A stretch of DNA of 24,000 bases from Phycisphaerae bacterium RAS2 (GTDB lineage Bacteria; Planctomycetota; Phycisphaerae; UBA1845; UTPLA1). The notes beneath the pieces were generated by a model. That model ran no database searches, had not been told where the DNA came from, and was given only the letters and a program-made list of their open reading frames with translations. Made by a program: the position numbers and the translations under genes. Each line of letters begins with the position of its first letter. Position 1 is the stretch's first letter. Of this stretch, positions 8,943 to 17,506 are shown piece after piece. The DNA lies in NCBI GenBank assembly GCA_007753915.1, contig CP036352.1, positions 2,767,306 through 2,791,305 on the forward strand, read 5' to 3'.

Positions 8943-10432
8943 GCCGCCGATTGCCTCCGTGCCACCGCCTCGCGCGCGACTTCCACGTCGTCGAAGTGAA
9001 TCTTCTGCGTGCCGAGGATCTGGTAATTCTCGTGACCTTTGCCGGCGATGATCAGCGCGTCGCCCGGCTCCAGCCGCTCGATCGCATGCTGGATCGCCTC
9101 GCGGCGGTCGGCAATGGTCGTCCCGCGCTCGCGATCCGAATTGGCTACACCGCGCTCGATGTCCTGGAGAATCTTCTGCGGGTCCTCCGTCCGCGGATTG
9201 TCGCTCGTGATCACGAACCGGTCGGCGCCCTGCGTGACCGCTCGCGCCATGAGCGGCCGCTTGTACGGGTCGCGGTCCCCGCCGCATCCGAAGACGCACC
9301 ACAGCCGCTCGCGCGTCAGCGGACGCACGGCGCTCAATACGTTTCGCAGCGCGTCATCGGTGTGGGCATAATCGACGAAAATATCAAACCCCAGATCGCC
9401 CGTGTCCACCCGCTCCAGCCGCCCGGGCACGTTGTCCAGTCGGGCGATGCCGTCGGCGATGATCTCCAGGTCCAGCCCCAGCGACAGTCCCGCGGCCGCC
9501 GCCGCCAGCGCGTTCAGAATGTTGTGCCGCCCCACCATCGGCGTGCGCACCGAGACCTGTCGACCCTCCACGTCCAGCACGAACGTGCCGCCGCCGATGT
9601 CCGCCTGAAGAATCCCGCCGCGCACGTCGGCGCGGCTGTCCAGCCCGAAGCGCAGCACCCGTCCCCTGCACGCCGCCGCCATGTGGTCGCAATTGGGATC
9701 GTGCGCGTTCAGCACCGCCGTCGCGCTGCGGTCGAGCTGCTCGAACAGACGCCGCTTCGCATCGCGATAGTTCTCCAGCGTGCCGTGATAATCCAGGTGA
9801 TCCTGCGTCAGGTTCGTAAAGACGCCTGTAGCGAAGCGGATGCCGTCGGTCCGCCGCTGATCCAGTGCGTGGCTGGAGACCTCCATCACCGCGCTGTCGG
9901 CTCCGTGACCCGCCGCTTCCACGAGATGCCGCGTCAGCGTGACCGCGTCCGGCGTCGTCAGCGCCGCGTCCACCTTGCGACCGACCAGATCGTATTCAAT
10001 CGTGCCCAGCATCGCCGGCCTCAACCCGGCGCGCTGAAGCAGGGCCCGCACCATGTACGCAAACGTGCTCTTGCCGTTTGTGCCCGTGACTCCGACGACG
10101 GGAAACCGGCCATCCGCCTGAATCCGACCGAGTCCGTAAAACCCCCGCGCCAACCGCGCTACCGCCGCTCGCGCATCCGGCACGCGAATCACCGGTGCCG
10201 TCAGCGGCCCCACGTCGGCATCACGATCCGCGACGACCGCAACCGCGCCGCGCTTCACCGCGTCGGCCGCAAACGCCGCGCCGTCGGCCTTTGAGCCGGA
10301 CAACGCCACGAAGACATGTCCGGGTTGTGCCGCACGACTGTCACCACAAACGCCCGTGACCTCGACGCGGCCCAGGCTGTCGGGGCAGACCCCGACCCCG
10401 AGTTCTTCCGTGATGAGCGTTGCGAGGTCCAT
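8930..10432 (-). CDS. murE: UDP-N-acetylmuramoyl-L-alanyl-D-glutamate--2,6-diaminopimelate ligase
   Basis: Mur ligase with P-loop VTGTNGKSTF and the DNPR motif (9191-9202) associated with meso-DAP specificity. ATG 10432 (MDLATLITE...) has AAGGA/AGGGA upstream and gives ~500 aa. The upstream ATG at 10549 is an alternative. Confidence 0.94.
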   Translation of the reverse strand: MDLATLITEELGVGVCPDSLGRVEVTGVCGDSRAAQPGHVFVALSGSKADGAAFAADAVKRGAVAVVADRDADVGPLTAPVIRVPDARAAVARLARGFYGLGRIQADGRFPVVGVTGTNGKSTFAYMVRALLQRAGLRPAMLGTIEYDLVGRKVDAALTTPDAVTLTRHLVEAAGHGADSAVMEVSSHALDQRRTDGIRFATGVFTNLTQDHLDYHGTLENYRDAKRRLFEQLDRSATAVLNAHDPNCDHMAAACRGRVLRFGLDSRADVRGGILQADIGGGTFVLDVEGRQVSVRTPMVGRHNILNALAAAAAGLSLGLDLEIIADGIARLDNVPGRLERVDTGDLGFDIFVDYAHTDDALRNVLSAVRPLTRERLWCVFGCGGDRDPYKRPLMARAVTQGADRFVITSDNPRTEDPQKILQDIERGVANSDRERGTTIADRREAIQHAIERLEPGDALIIAGKGHENYQILGTQKIHFDDVEVAREAVARRQSAACAR

Positions 10433-10608
10433 TCCCTGATCCTTCGATGCCTTCCACCGAGCCACTGCCTCTTGCGGCTCGACATTGTAACGCGTCCCTG
10501 CACCGGGCAACTCGTCGAAGCCGGCTAGCCTAACCGCCGCTGCGGCCATTGATTGTACGTGATCTCCCCCGTCTGCGGTTCACGGGCGCTTCGACCCGTT
10601 GCACGCCG

Positions 10609-12363
10609 TCAGTCGCCGCCGACGCCGTCCGCCTCAACGGACGCAACGGTCCGGCCGTCGGGTCGATCCGGCGCAATCTGAAGATAAGCCAGCGCGTGCG
10701 CCAGAATTTCGCGCACGACCGGCGCGGCGACCGTGCCGCCGTAATAGGCAATCGATTTCTTCGGCCGAGTTACCGCGACCATCACCACCAGTTGCGGGTC
10801 CTTCGTCGGCGCGCCGGCAATGAATGAGCTGACATACGCGTCCGGCTCGTATCCTCCGCCGCCTCGCCGCGCGATCTGCGCCGTGCCGGTCTTCCCGAAG
10901 ACCGAATACTGCGCCAGCTTCGATTTCGTGCCCGTGCCGATCTCCACGACCTGGCTCAAGATCTTTTCGCGCATCGTCTTCGCCACGGCCTCGCTCACCA
11001 CGCGTCGTTCCGGCGGCGGGTTTGAGAAATCATTCAACACGCGCCCATCCGGCGCGAGCACGGCCCGGATCAGGTACGGCTGCACCAGCATCCCGCCATT
11101 GGCAAACACGCAGAACGCCCGCGCCAACTGCAACGGCGTCGTGCCAATCTCCTGCCCCATGGGAATGCTTGTCGTCGTGAAGCTGTTCCATCGGTTGAAC
11201 GGCTGGAGGATGCCCGAGTCTTCGCCGACCAGGTCAATGCCCGATTTGCTTCCGAAACCGTACGCGCGCATGTAGCGATGCAACCGGTCGTTCCCAAGCC
11301 GCTTGCCGATCTTGGCCATGCCGATGTTGCTCGACTTAATCAGCACATCCTCGAACGACAACGCGCCGTAGGGATGGTGATCGTGCAGCAGCCGCGCGCC
11401 GTCCTGCCAGGCCCCGTTTTCGCAATCGAAGACCTCGCCCAGCCGCACGACTTTCTCCTCCATCGCGGCGGCCGCAACGAAGGGTTTGAACGTGCTGCCC
11501 GGCTCGTACGGATCGGTGATCGCCCGATTGCGATAGCGCACCGGCCCGAAGTCCAGGTAATGATTCGGATCAAACCCCGGCGACGTCGCCATCGCGAGGA
11601 TCGCCCCCGATTGCGCGTGCATCACGATGCCGACCGCGCTCTCGGCCTTGTATTGCTCGATGCATTTGGCCAGCTCGCGCTCGGTTGTCGCCTGAATCTC
11701 GGCGTCGATGGTCAGGAGAACATGGAACCCGTCACGCGCCGGGCGATAGCCGCCGTCGGCCAGCCAGAATGCCTTGCGCCGCGCATCTCTAACAATTGTC
11801 TTTAGCCCGTCCTCGCCGCGCAGCCACGATTCGCACTGATACTCCAGACCGCTCACGCCGACGCCGTCCGGCGAGACAAACCCAACCAGCGCCGCCGCCA
11901 GCTGATTCATCGGATACACGCGATACGGCTCGTCGAACAGGCCGATGCCGTAGATGTTCGCATCGCGGATCATCTGCGCCTGCTCGTCGTCCACTCCGCG
12001 GCGAATCACCATGAAGCGATTGCCTTCCGCCGCGTTCAGGTCCGGCGCGATCTCCTCCGGCGAAACGCCGAGAATCTCCGCCACCGTTCGAGCCGCGGCG
12101 TCTTTGTCTTCGATGACTTTCGGATCGGCGAAGACGCTCTTGCGCAGCATCGTGCCGGCGATCATGCGACCGCGGCAATCGACCACGAGCCCGCGACGAT
12201 GCTTCAGCGGGATGATCGACTGCTGCTGGCGCTCGGCGCGGGCCAGCAGGGCCGTCCCCTGGTAGGCGTTGATGTAGACAAGTCGCCCGCCCAGCACGAC
12301 AAACAGGACCAGCACACCGCCCAGCAGAATCTGCGAAACCGGATTGTTTGATTTCGAACGCAA
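10609..12363 (-). CDS. ftsI: Class B penicillin-binding protein (transpeptidase), FtsI-type by context
   Basis: N-terminal TM helix (ILLGGVLVLFVVLGG) followed by a dimerisation domain. Transpeptidase motifs STFKP (SxxK), SSN and KTGTA are present. TTG start at 12363 has AAGGAA upstream. Confidence 0.93.
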   Translation of the reverse strand: MRSKSNNPVSQILLGGVLVLFVVLGGRLVYINAYQGTALLARAERQQQSIIPLKHRRGLVVDCRGRMIAGTMLRKSVFADPKVIEDKDAAARTVAEILGVSPEEIAPDLNAAEGNRFMVIRRGVDDEQAQMIRDANIYGIGLFDEPYRVYPMNQLAAALVGFVSPDGVGVSGLEYQCESWLRGEDGLKTIVRDARRKAFWLADGGYRPARDGFHVLLTIDAEIQATTERELAKCIEQYKAESAVGIVMHAQSGAILAMATSPGFDPNHYLDFGPVRYRNRAITDPYEPGSTFKPFVAAAAMEEKVVRLGEVFDCENGAWQDGARLLHDHHPYGALSFEDVLIKSSNIGMAKIGKRLGNDRLHRYMRAYGFGSKSGIDLVGEDSGILQPFNRWNSFTTTSIPMGQEIGTTPLQLARAFCVFANGGMLVQPYLIRAVLAPDGRVLNDFSNPPPERRVVSEAVAKTMREKILSQVVEIGTGTKSKLAQYSVFGKTGTAQIARRGGGGYEPDAYVSSFIAGAPTKDPQLVVMVAVTRPKKSIAYYGGTVAAPVVREILAHALAYLQIAPDRPDGRTVASVEADGVGGD

Positions 12364-12411
12364 GGCATCCGTTCCTTACCGAGTTCGATCCATCCCCTCG
12401 GGCAACGCGAG

Positions 12412-12702
12412 CTAGTCGCGCGGTCCGGGTTGCCCCCGATTGGCATCCTTCGCCGCGGCATCAGTTCGCGGCGGAAGCAGATTCAAACCGAGGTCCTTCG
12501 TCCGCCGGCGAATTTCCTCCGGCCCCCGAAGCCGTGCGAGATCCATCTCCTGCGACCAGAGCACGTGCTCCAGTTCCGTCTGCTTTTGGTGCAGCCGCTG
12601 CACGCGATTTGAAGCTTTGGCAGTCTCCCCGCGGATCACCACGATCGTGATGCCCGTGACGACCATCATCAGCAGTATCAACAGCGACCGACCCGTCGTC
12701 AT
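12412..12702 (-). CDS. ftsL: FtsL-like small bitopic division protein (TM helix + coiled coil)
   Basis: 96 aa. N-terminal TM helix LLILLMMVVTGITIVVI is followed by a heptad-like region (RVQRLHQKQTELEHVLWSQEMDLARL). It sits directly upstream of the class B PBP, as ftsL does in canonical dcw clusters. The call rests on architecture and position, not sequence identity. Confidence 0.6.
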   Translation of the reverse strand: MTTGRSLLILLMMVVTGITIVVIRGETAKASNRVQRLHQKQTELEHVLWSQEMDLARLRGPEEIRRRTKDLGLNLLPPRTDAAAKDANRGQPGPRD

Positions 12703-12753
12703 CGCACATGCACCCCGCGCGACCTGCGCCGCCGCGCTGCCCGCGTCCTTCGA

Positions 12754-14052
12754 CTACGGCTCGTCGCCGCCGCTCCCCTTTGCCGACTGGACGTTCAACT
12801 CCGACGAACCGGCCACCTTCGCCGGCACACGGATCTTCATGCCGATCTTCAGCGAATGCCGGTTCTTCAGCAGGTCCTGATTGATATCCATTAATGTCTT
12901 AACGTAGCGCTCCGCCCCCATCTCACGCCGCGCGATGCGGCTTAACGTGTCGTTTTTCTGAACCTCGTACCACCGATAGGCCATCGGCTTGGACGTGCGC
13001 TCGCCGGTTGCCTTGGCGTCGGTCGAGCGATCTTCTTCCCGGCGTTCGGCTGGATCGACCGGCGGCCGCGACGATGCCAACTGGATCGACTCAATCTGCC
13101 CCCGCTCACGAATGGGCACGGGGATGCGCAGGGCTGATTCCGGCGAGGCGGACGCGCCGCGCGGGTTCGATGGCGCCGCATCGACTAACGTCGTGCGCCC
13201 GGCGCGGGCAGGCTCCGCTACGCCAGGCTTGACGGGGGCGGCTTCCTTGTTCAACACGAATTCCGGAGCCGGCTCAAACCCCTCACCCAGGTCGGGAATC
13301 TTTAACGATGTTCCAGCCCGCACCGAAGCCTTGTTCTTCAGCACATCGCGATTGGCCTCGTAGATTGCATCGACGCGCGCCGGCGTCGAGCGTCCGAAGT
13401 GTTTCGCGGCGATCTTGCCGAGGCTTTCGCCCGGTTGAACCTCGTGATGCGTTCGCACGCGAATGCCCACTTGCTTCGCGATGCGCTCCAACTCTTCTTT
13501 CGACGCCGTTGGCGGCGACGACCCCGCAGCCAAAGTCGTATTGGCGCTCGGCAGAGCCGATGCCGAACCGGGCGAAGCCGGCGACATCACCGGGCTGCCG
13601 GGCGTCGCGGCGGGCGAACCGACCGGCGGCGTCGCCGAACCGCTGTTCTGCGCGATGCGCGTCGCGGAATCGACCGGTGTTTCCTGCACCAGCGGATCGA
13701 CCACGCGCGGCAGATTAAGACTGTTGACAAGATCGGCCGGCAGCTCCTCCAGTGGTTCGTCGTCGCGCGGCGTTGCCTGCACGACACGTTCCTCTTGAAT
13801 CGGCGACATCACCGGCACGCGCGTCGTGCTCGGGCGCACGATCGGAGGTAATTGCGTCTCCACGGGGACGCGCCCCATGTCTCCCAGCGGATGGTCCGAA
13901 GCGACGTTGGATGACTTCTTGGATTGATCCATGAACGCAAACGCCGGCGCCTTGCTGTCGCGATGCGCCGTGCCACGCTCGGATAAGATGATGGCGAAAA
14001 GTACGATGAACGCCAAACCGACCAACAGGCCGATCTTGGTCTCTTTGGTCAT
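12754..14052 (-). CDS. Bitopic membrane protein with Pro/Ser/Ala-rich linker and two LysM peptidoglycan-binding domains
   Basis: ATG 14052 is preceded by GGAGGTG. The short MTKETK tail is followed by TM helix IGLLVGLAFIVLFAIILS. LysM-1 is HEVQPGESLGKIAAKHFG...SLKIP and LysM-2 is YEVQKNDTLSRIARREMG...MKIRVP. The ORF-track start 14181 adds 43 non-membrane residues before the TM helix and lacks an SD. Confidence 0.85.
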   Translation of the reverse strand: MTKETKIGLLVGLAFIVLFAIILSERGTAHRDSKAPAFAFMDQSKKSSNVASDHPLGDMGRVPVETQLPPIVRPSTTRVPVMSPIQEERVVQATPRDDEPLEELPADLVNSLNLPRVVDPLVQETPVDSATRIAQNSGSATPPVGSPAATPGSPVMSPASPGSASALPSANTTLAAGSSPPTASKEELERIAKQVGIRVRTHHEVQPGESLGKIAAKHFGRSTPARVDAIYEANRDVLKNKASVRAGTSLKIPDLGEGFEPAPEFVLNKEAAPVKPGVAEPARAGRTTLVDAAPSNPRGASASPESALRIPVPIRERGQIESIQLASSRPPVDPAERREEDRSTDAKATGERTSKPMAYRWYEVQKNDTLSRIARREMGAERYVKTLMDINQDLLKNRHSLKIGMKIRVPAKVAGSSELNVQSAKGSGGDEP

Positions 14053-14090
14053 GGAGCGCACCTCCGTGTGCAATGACTTCCGTGGCGAGC

Positions 14091-14119
14091 AGTCTAGGTG
14101 ATAACGTCCTTGTTTACAA
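14091..14119 (-). promoter_or_regulatory. Candidate internal sigma70-like promoter in the rsmH-LysM spacer
   Basis: The minus strand reads TTGTAA (14119-14114), a 17-nt spacer, then TAGACT (14096-14091), about 39 nt upstream of the LysM ATG. Each hexamer matches consensus at only 4/6 positions. Confidence 0.25.
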
Positions 14120-14192
14120 GCTTCAATCGCGCTCCCGACCCTCTCATCGAACGCGTCCAACCGGCGCGCCGCCAGCCGCATTCCAAGTTGCC

Positions 14193-15101
14193 CTACGCAA
14201 CCCGACGTGCCACGCGAAGCTTGGCCGACCGGCTTCGCGGATTGACGGCCTGTTCCTCTTCCGTCGCCGTCAAGGGCTTCTTTGTCAGCACCTCAAAGGT
14301 ACCGGCAGCCGACATCGCCTTGAAATTCTCCTTCACGGCCCGATCTTCCACACTGTGAAAGCTGATCACCGCAATCCGTCCGCCAATCGACAGGCATCGC
14401 GGAGCCGCTTCCAGCAGCCGACCCAACGCCTGCGTCTCACCGTTCACGGCCATTCGCAAGGCCATGAACGTTCGCGTTGCCGGGTGGATGCGGCTTCGGT
14501 GCGAGTCTGGGTCCTCGCCCATTGCCGTGGCGACCAATCGGGCCAACTGGACTGTGCTGTTCAGCCGAATTTGCCGACGAACCTGACAAATCCGCTTTGC
14601 AATTCTTCGGCTGTGCCGTTCTTGCGCCTGCAAGTAAATTAGATCGGACAGCTCTCCCTCGCCCAGCGTGTTCACCAAGTCGGCGGCGGTGGTCTTTTGA
14701 CGCCGGTCCAGCCGCATGTCCAACGGTCCATCCACGTCGAAACTCAACCCCCGAAGCGGGTCGGAAATCTGGTTACTGCTGACCCCCAGGTCGGCCATAA
14801 TCCCCACAACTGGCCCGGTTGCGCTTCCTCCATCCGCCAGAACCGCAGCCAGGTCGCCGAAATTGGACTGAACGGACCGAAATCGGTCTCCGAATTCCGC
14901 CAGCCTCCCGTTCGCCGTCGCCAGGTTCGACTCATCGACATCCAACCCCAGCACCTGAATCCTTGGGTTCGCGCGGAGGAGCAAGCTGGAGTGCCCTCCC
15001 AGGCCGAGGGTGCAATCCACGACCCATCCGGCGGGCAAGTCTTGAAAAAACCGCGCGACTTCGTCGGAAAGGACCGGGACATGTCCGAGTAGGTCGCTCA
15101 T
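14193..15101 (-). CDS. rsmH: 16S rRNA (cytosine1402-N4)-methyltransferase
   Basis: HVPVL near the N-terminus, DCTLGLGGHS SAM-binding block, ISFHSVEDR block, and 302 aa length fit RsmH. Its ATG overlaps the TGA of the upstream ORF (ATGA at 15101-15098). Confidence 0.95.
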   Translation of the reverse strand: MSDLLGHVPVLSDEVARFFQDLPAGWVVDCTLGLGGHSSLLLRANPRIQVLGLDVDESNLATANGRLAEFGDRFRSVQSNFGDLAAVLADGGSATGPVVGIMADLGVSSNQISDPLRGLSFDVDGPLDMRLDRRQKTTAADLVNTLGEGELSDLIYLQAQERHSRRIAKRICQVRRQIRLNSTVQLARLVATAMGEDPDSHRSRIHPATRTFMALRMAVNGETQALGRLLEAAPRCLSIGGRIAVISFHSVEDRAVKENFKAMSAAGTFEVLTKKPLTATEEEQAVNPRSRSAKLRVARRVA

Positions 15102-16738
15102 GAGCGATGCATCGCCTCCGCCGCCCGAAACGCCAGTGTGTGTAGCCGTTCAACTGAATGCATCCCGACGAACCACTCTCGATTCTGCGCGACGCGGTTG
15201 CTTTCAATTTCTCGCTTCAGTCGAGCAACCTGCTGCGCCGCCGGGTTCAGGCCGCTACGCGATTCCGACAGACCGGTTTGAACCAGCCCCAGGGCGAGAG
15301 CGATTTCCTGATTTGCACGATGAATGGCCTCGTATTGGATGCGCCGCTCACTTCGCAAACGCGGCGTTTCCTTTCGCAGATGCATCGACGAGTCGATTGC
15401 TCTTTGCCGCCGTTCAATCAAGGCGGCGACCTCTCGGGCATGCTTTGGGTCACTGCTTGCCGCCAACCGCTGCGGATTGAAACGCCGATCTCGTCCTTCG
15501 CGGTACACGCGATCCAGATCGCGCGGGCCGGCGTCAAACCGCGGCAGGGGCAATCGAAGCGTCGCCGTCACACAACCGTAACCCGGCGGCTCAATGCCGA
15601 ACAACCGTCGAATCACATCGTCCGTGATCTGATCGTACTTCGCGCCGCCGATACCATGAATGAACACGTCGCAAGCCAGCAGACGCAGGTACATCGTCAG
15701 TGCCAGCGCCCGCGGCCGCAGGCTCCATCCAGCCGCCAACTCGCACAGCGCCGCGCCGGGCTGCGATTGCAATCGGACGGCGGAAGTTGTCCCCAGTTCA
15801 AGCCCGTCGGCCCAGAGCGTCAGGTCGCCTCCGGTCGAGACGGACACATACACGCGCTGCCGCGGCCGACTTTCGCGCACCGCCCAAAGCGGCACTTCCA
15901 CCCGCGCGCCGTCCATCAAAAGATCGGGAATCGGATGCTGCACGCCCGCGATGCCGCGCCGCGTTCGATAAGCCGCCAGCGCCCCGTTGAACGCCTTCGC
16001 AGTCTTTCCAGCGTTGGCGATCAGATGACCCACGAAGCATGTGCCGCGCCGCGCGGCCGTGGGACTGCACAGGTTGAACTCGTCGCTGACGAATCGGTAG
16101 TCTGGCGGGGCGACGCCGGCCGCCGTGTCTATCGCCGCCACTCCGGCTCGCCACCGCTGCGCGTAGGCCGCCGGTCCGGAAGCACTCTCGAGGAAAGACG
16201 TCACCCAACGGGAAAATGCCGTTGCGGGTCCTTCCCGAAATGACGATGGGACGCGCTCGAAAAAAGCAATCCATTCCGCCGCGGCGCGCGCCGGCATCGA
16301 CTCAAACGCCCAGCCGGCCTGAAAGTCCGCGAACGCCGCGACCGACCGCGCCGTCACGATTCCATCGTCAATCTCCGGCCAGGCCAGCGCCGTACGGTGA
16401 ACCGCATCACTGTCGACGATCCAATACTCCGCCCGACCGGCGAAGCGCGATGCCAGCGCGGAAACCGCCGCGACCTTGACCCACACGCCGGGATGGATGA
16501 ACCCCGGTTGGTGGCCCGCCGCGACGACCAGCGGCTCCGAAGCATCGTCATTCAGCAAATCGCCCGCGGGCGTATCAAGTAAGGTGTAAGAATATCTCCG
16601 TCGCGCGGCCCGGTTGCGCGCCGCAAGGTCCGCCAGTGCCCCGCCCCCGGGCCAGGTCAACACGTCGCCATCGCCTGCGGGAGCAGCCAGTGCGTCGATC
16701 TCGGTGGCGGTCATTTTGGAATGATAGGCGAAGGTCAA
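15098..16738 (-). CDS. Divergent BshC-like protein (putative BshC/YllA family; function uncertain)
   Basis: ~540 aa, the same size as BshC. Three colinear blocks resemble B. subtilis BshC as I recall it. VVAAGHQPGFIHPGVWVK matches VVGGQQAGLLTGPLYTIHK. YWIVDSDAV matches FWVAGEDHD. RPRALALTMYLRLLACDVFIHGIGGAKYD matches RPLMQEFLIPTLAFIAGPGEINYW. The C-terminal ~100 aa look coiled-coil, as in BshC. The start is either TTG 16738 (TTGA overlap with the GT2 stop) or ATG 16714. The coding call is strong; the family call is moderate. Confidence 0.55.
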   Translation of the reverse strand: MTFAYHSKMTATEIDALAAPAGDGDVLTWPGGGALADLAARNRAARRRYSYTLLDTPAGDLLNDDASEPLVVAAGHQPGFIHPGVWVKVAAVSALASRFAGRAEYWIVDSDAVHRTALAWPEIDDGIVTARSVAAFADFQAGWAFESMPARAAAEWIAFFERVPSSFREGPATAFSRWVTSFLESASGPAAYAQRWRAGVAAIDTAAGVAPPDYRFVSDEFNLCSPTAARRGTCFVGHLIANAGKTAKAFNGALAAYRTRRGIAGVQHPIPDLLMDGARVEVPLWAVRESRPRQRVYVSVSTGGDLTLWADGLELGTTSAVRLQSQPGAALCELAAGWSLRPRALALTMYLRLLACDVFIHGIGGAKYDQITDDVIRRLFGIEPPGYGCVTATLRLPLPRFDAGPRDLDRVYREGRDRRFNPQRLAASSDPKHAREVAALIERRQRAIDSSMHLRKETPRLRSERRIQYEAIHRANQEIALALGLVQTGLSESRSGLNPAAQQVARLKREIESNRVAQNREWFVGMHSVERLHTLAFRAAEAMHRS

Positions 16739-17469
16739 CAGCGCCGGCGCGTGGCGCAGGGCGTTGGCGATGGAAGCGGACGGGCCAACTCCGCCTCGAA
16801 CACTTCGAGGTAATGCTGCAGGCGCGCCTCGGGGTCATCGAGCAGCCCGCCAAAATGCCGAGTCGGATCGAGATAAATCAGCGGCACCGGCAACTCGCAA
16901 ATCCGCAGTCCGCGCCGCACCGCCTGCACCCAGAATTGAAGCGGAAACGCATACCCCGGCACCGTCAGGTCCAGACTCGCCATCGCGCACACACGATACG
17001 CCTTGAACCCGCAGAAGGCATCGGTCAGGTTCAAGTCCAGCCGTTCGTTCAGAATCCGTGTGATCCGCCGGTTGATCGCTCGACGGTCTTCCGGCGCGAC
17101 CGTGTTGCCTGCCATGTCGGTGAGATAGCGCGACCCGGAGACGATGTCCACGTCGTCCACCGCCGCGCGCCGGATGAAATCGGGGATGCCGGCAGGTTCA
17201 TGCTGTTCGTCGCAGTCGATCGTGATAATCCAGTCGTAACCATGGCAGTCTGCATACCGGAACGCATCGATCAGGCTCTGCCCATATCCGCGATTCTCCG
17301 GATGGCGAATGACCTGAATCCCTTCGAAACCGGCAAGAACTGCCGACGTGCCGTCCGTGGAACCGTCATCCACAACCAGCACATCCGTGGCGTATTGGCG
17401 GACCTCCGCCAGCACGTCCGCGACGTATGCGGCCTCGTTGTAAACGGGGATGGCGACCAGCGTTCGCAT
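16735..17469 (-). CDS. Family 2 glycosyltransferase (short, soluble; polyprenyl-phosphate sugar synthase-like)
   Basis: VAIPVYNEAAYV, VVDDGSTDGT and a DCD (DxD-type) motif are the GT2/GT-A signature, in a 244-aa protein. ATG 17469 is preceded by AAGAGG. Confidence 0.9.
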   Translation of the reverse strand: MRTLVAIPVYNEAAYVADVLAEVRQYATDVLVVDDGSTDGTSAVLAGFEGIQVIRHPENRGYGQSLIDAFRYADCHGYDWIITIDCDEQHEPAGIPDFIRRAAVDDVDIVSGSRYLTDMAGNTVAPEDRRAINRRITRILNERLDLNLTDAFCGFKAYRVCAMASLDLTVPGYAFPLQFWVQAVRRGLRICELPVPLIYLDPTRHFGGLLDDPEARLQHYLEVFEAELARPLPSPTPCATRRRC

Positions 17470-17506
17470 TCATGCCTCTTTCGGTGGCTCATTGTCGAGC
17501 AAGGAA

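Noticed and set aside
8943-9302. 5' extensions offered by the ORF track for murF (to 9302), murG (to 5119), the NCS1 permease (to 3900), the LysM protein (to 14181), the isochorismatase (to 1147) and the NHL protein (to 20087).
   Set aside because: The extensions overlap the upstream gene or add Arg/Pro-rich residues ahead of conserved N-termini, TM helices or signal peptides. Internal ATGs with SD-like sequences give family-typical lengths.
15102-15500. Search for mraZ (a small ~150-aa gene with tandem SpoVT/AbrB-like domains) upstream of rsmH.
   Set aside because: The region is fully occupied by the 3' end of the 546-aa BshC-like ORF, which overlaps the rsmH start. There is no separate small ORF with MraZ features.
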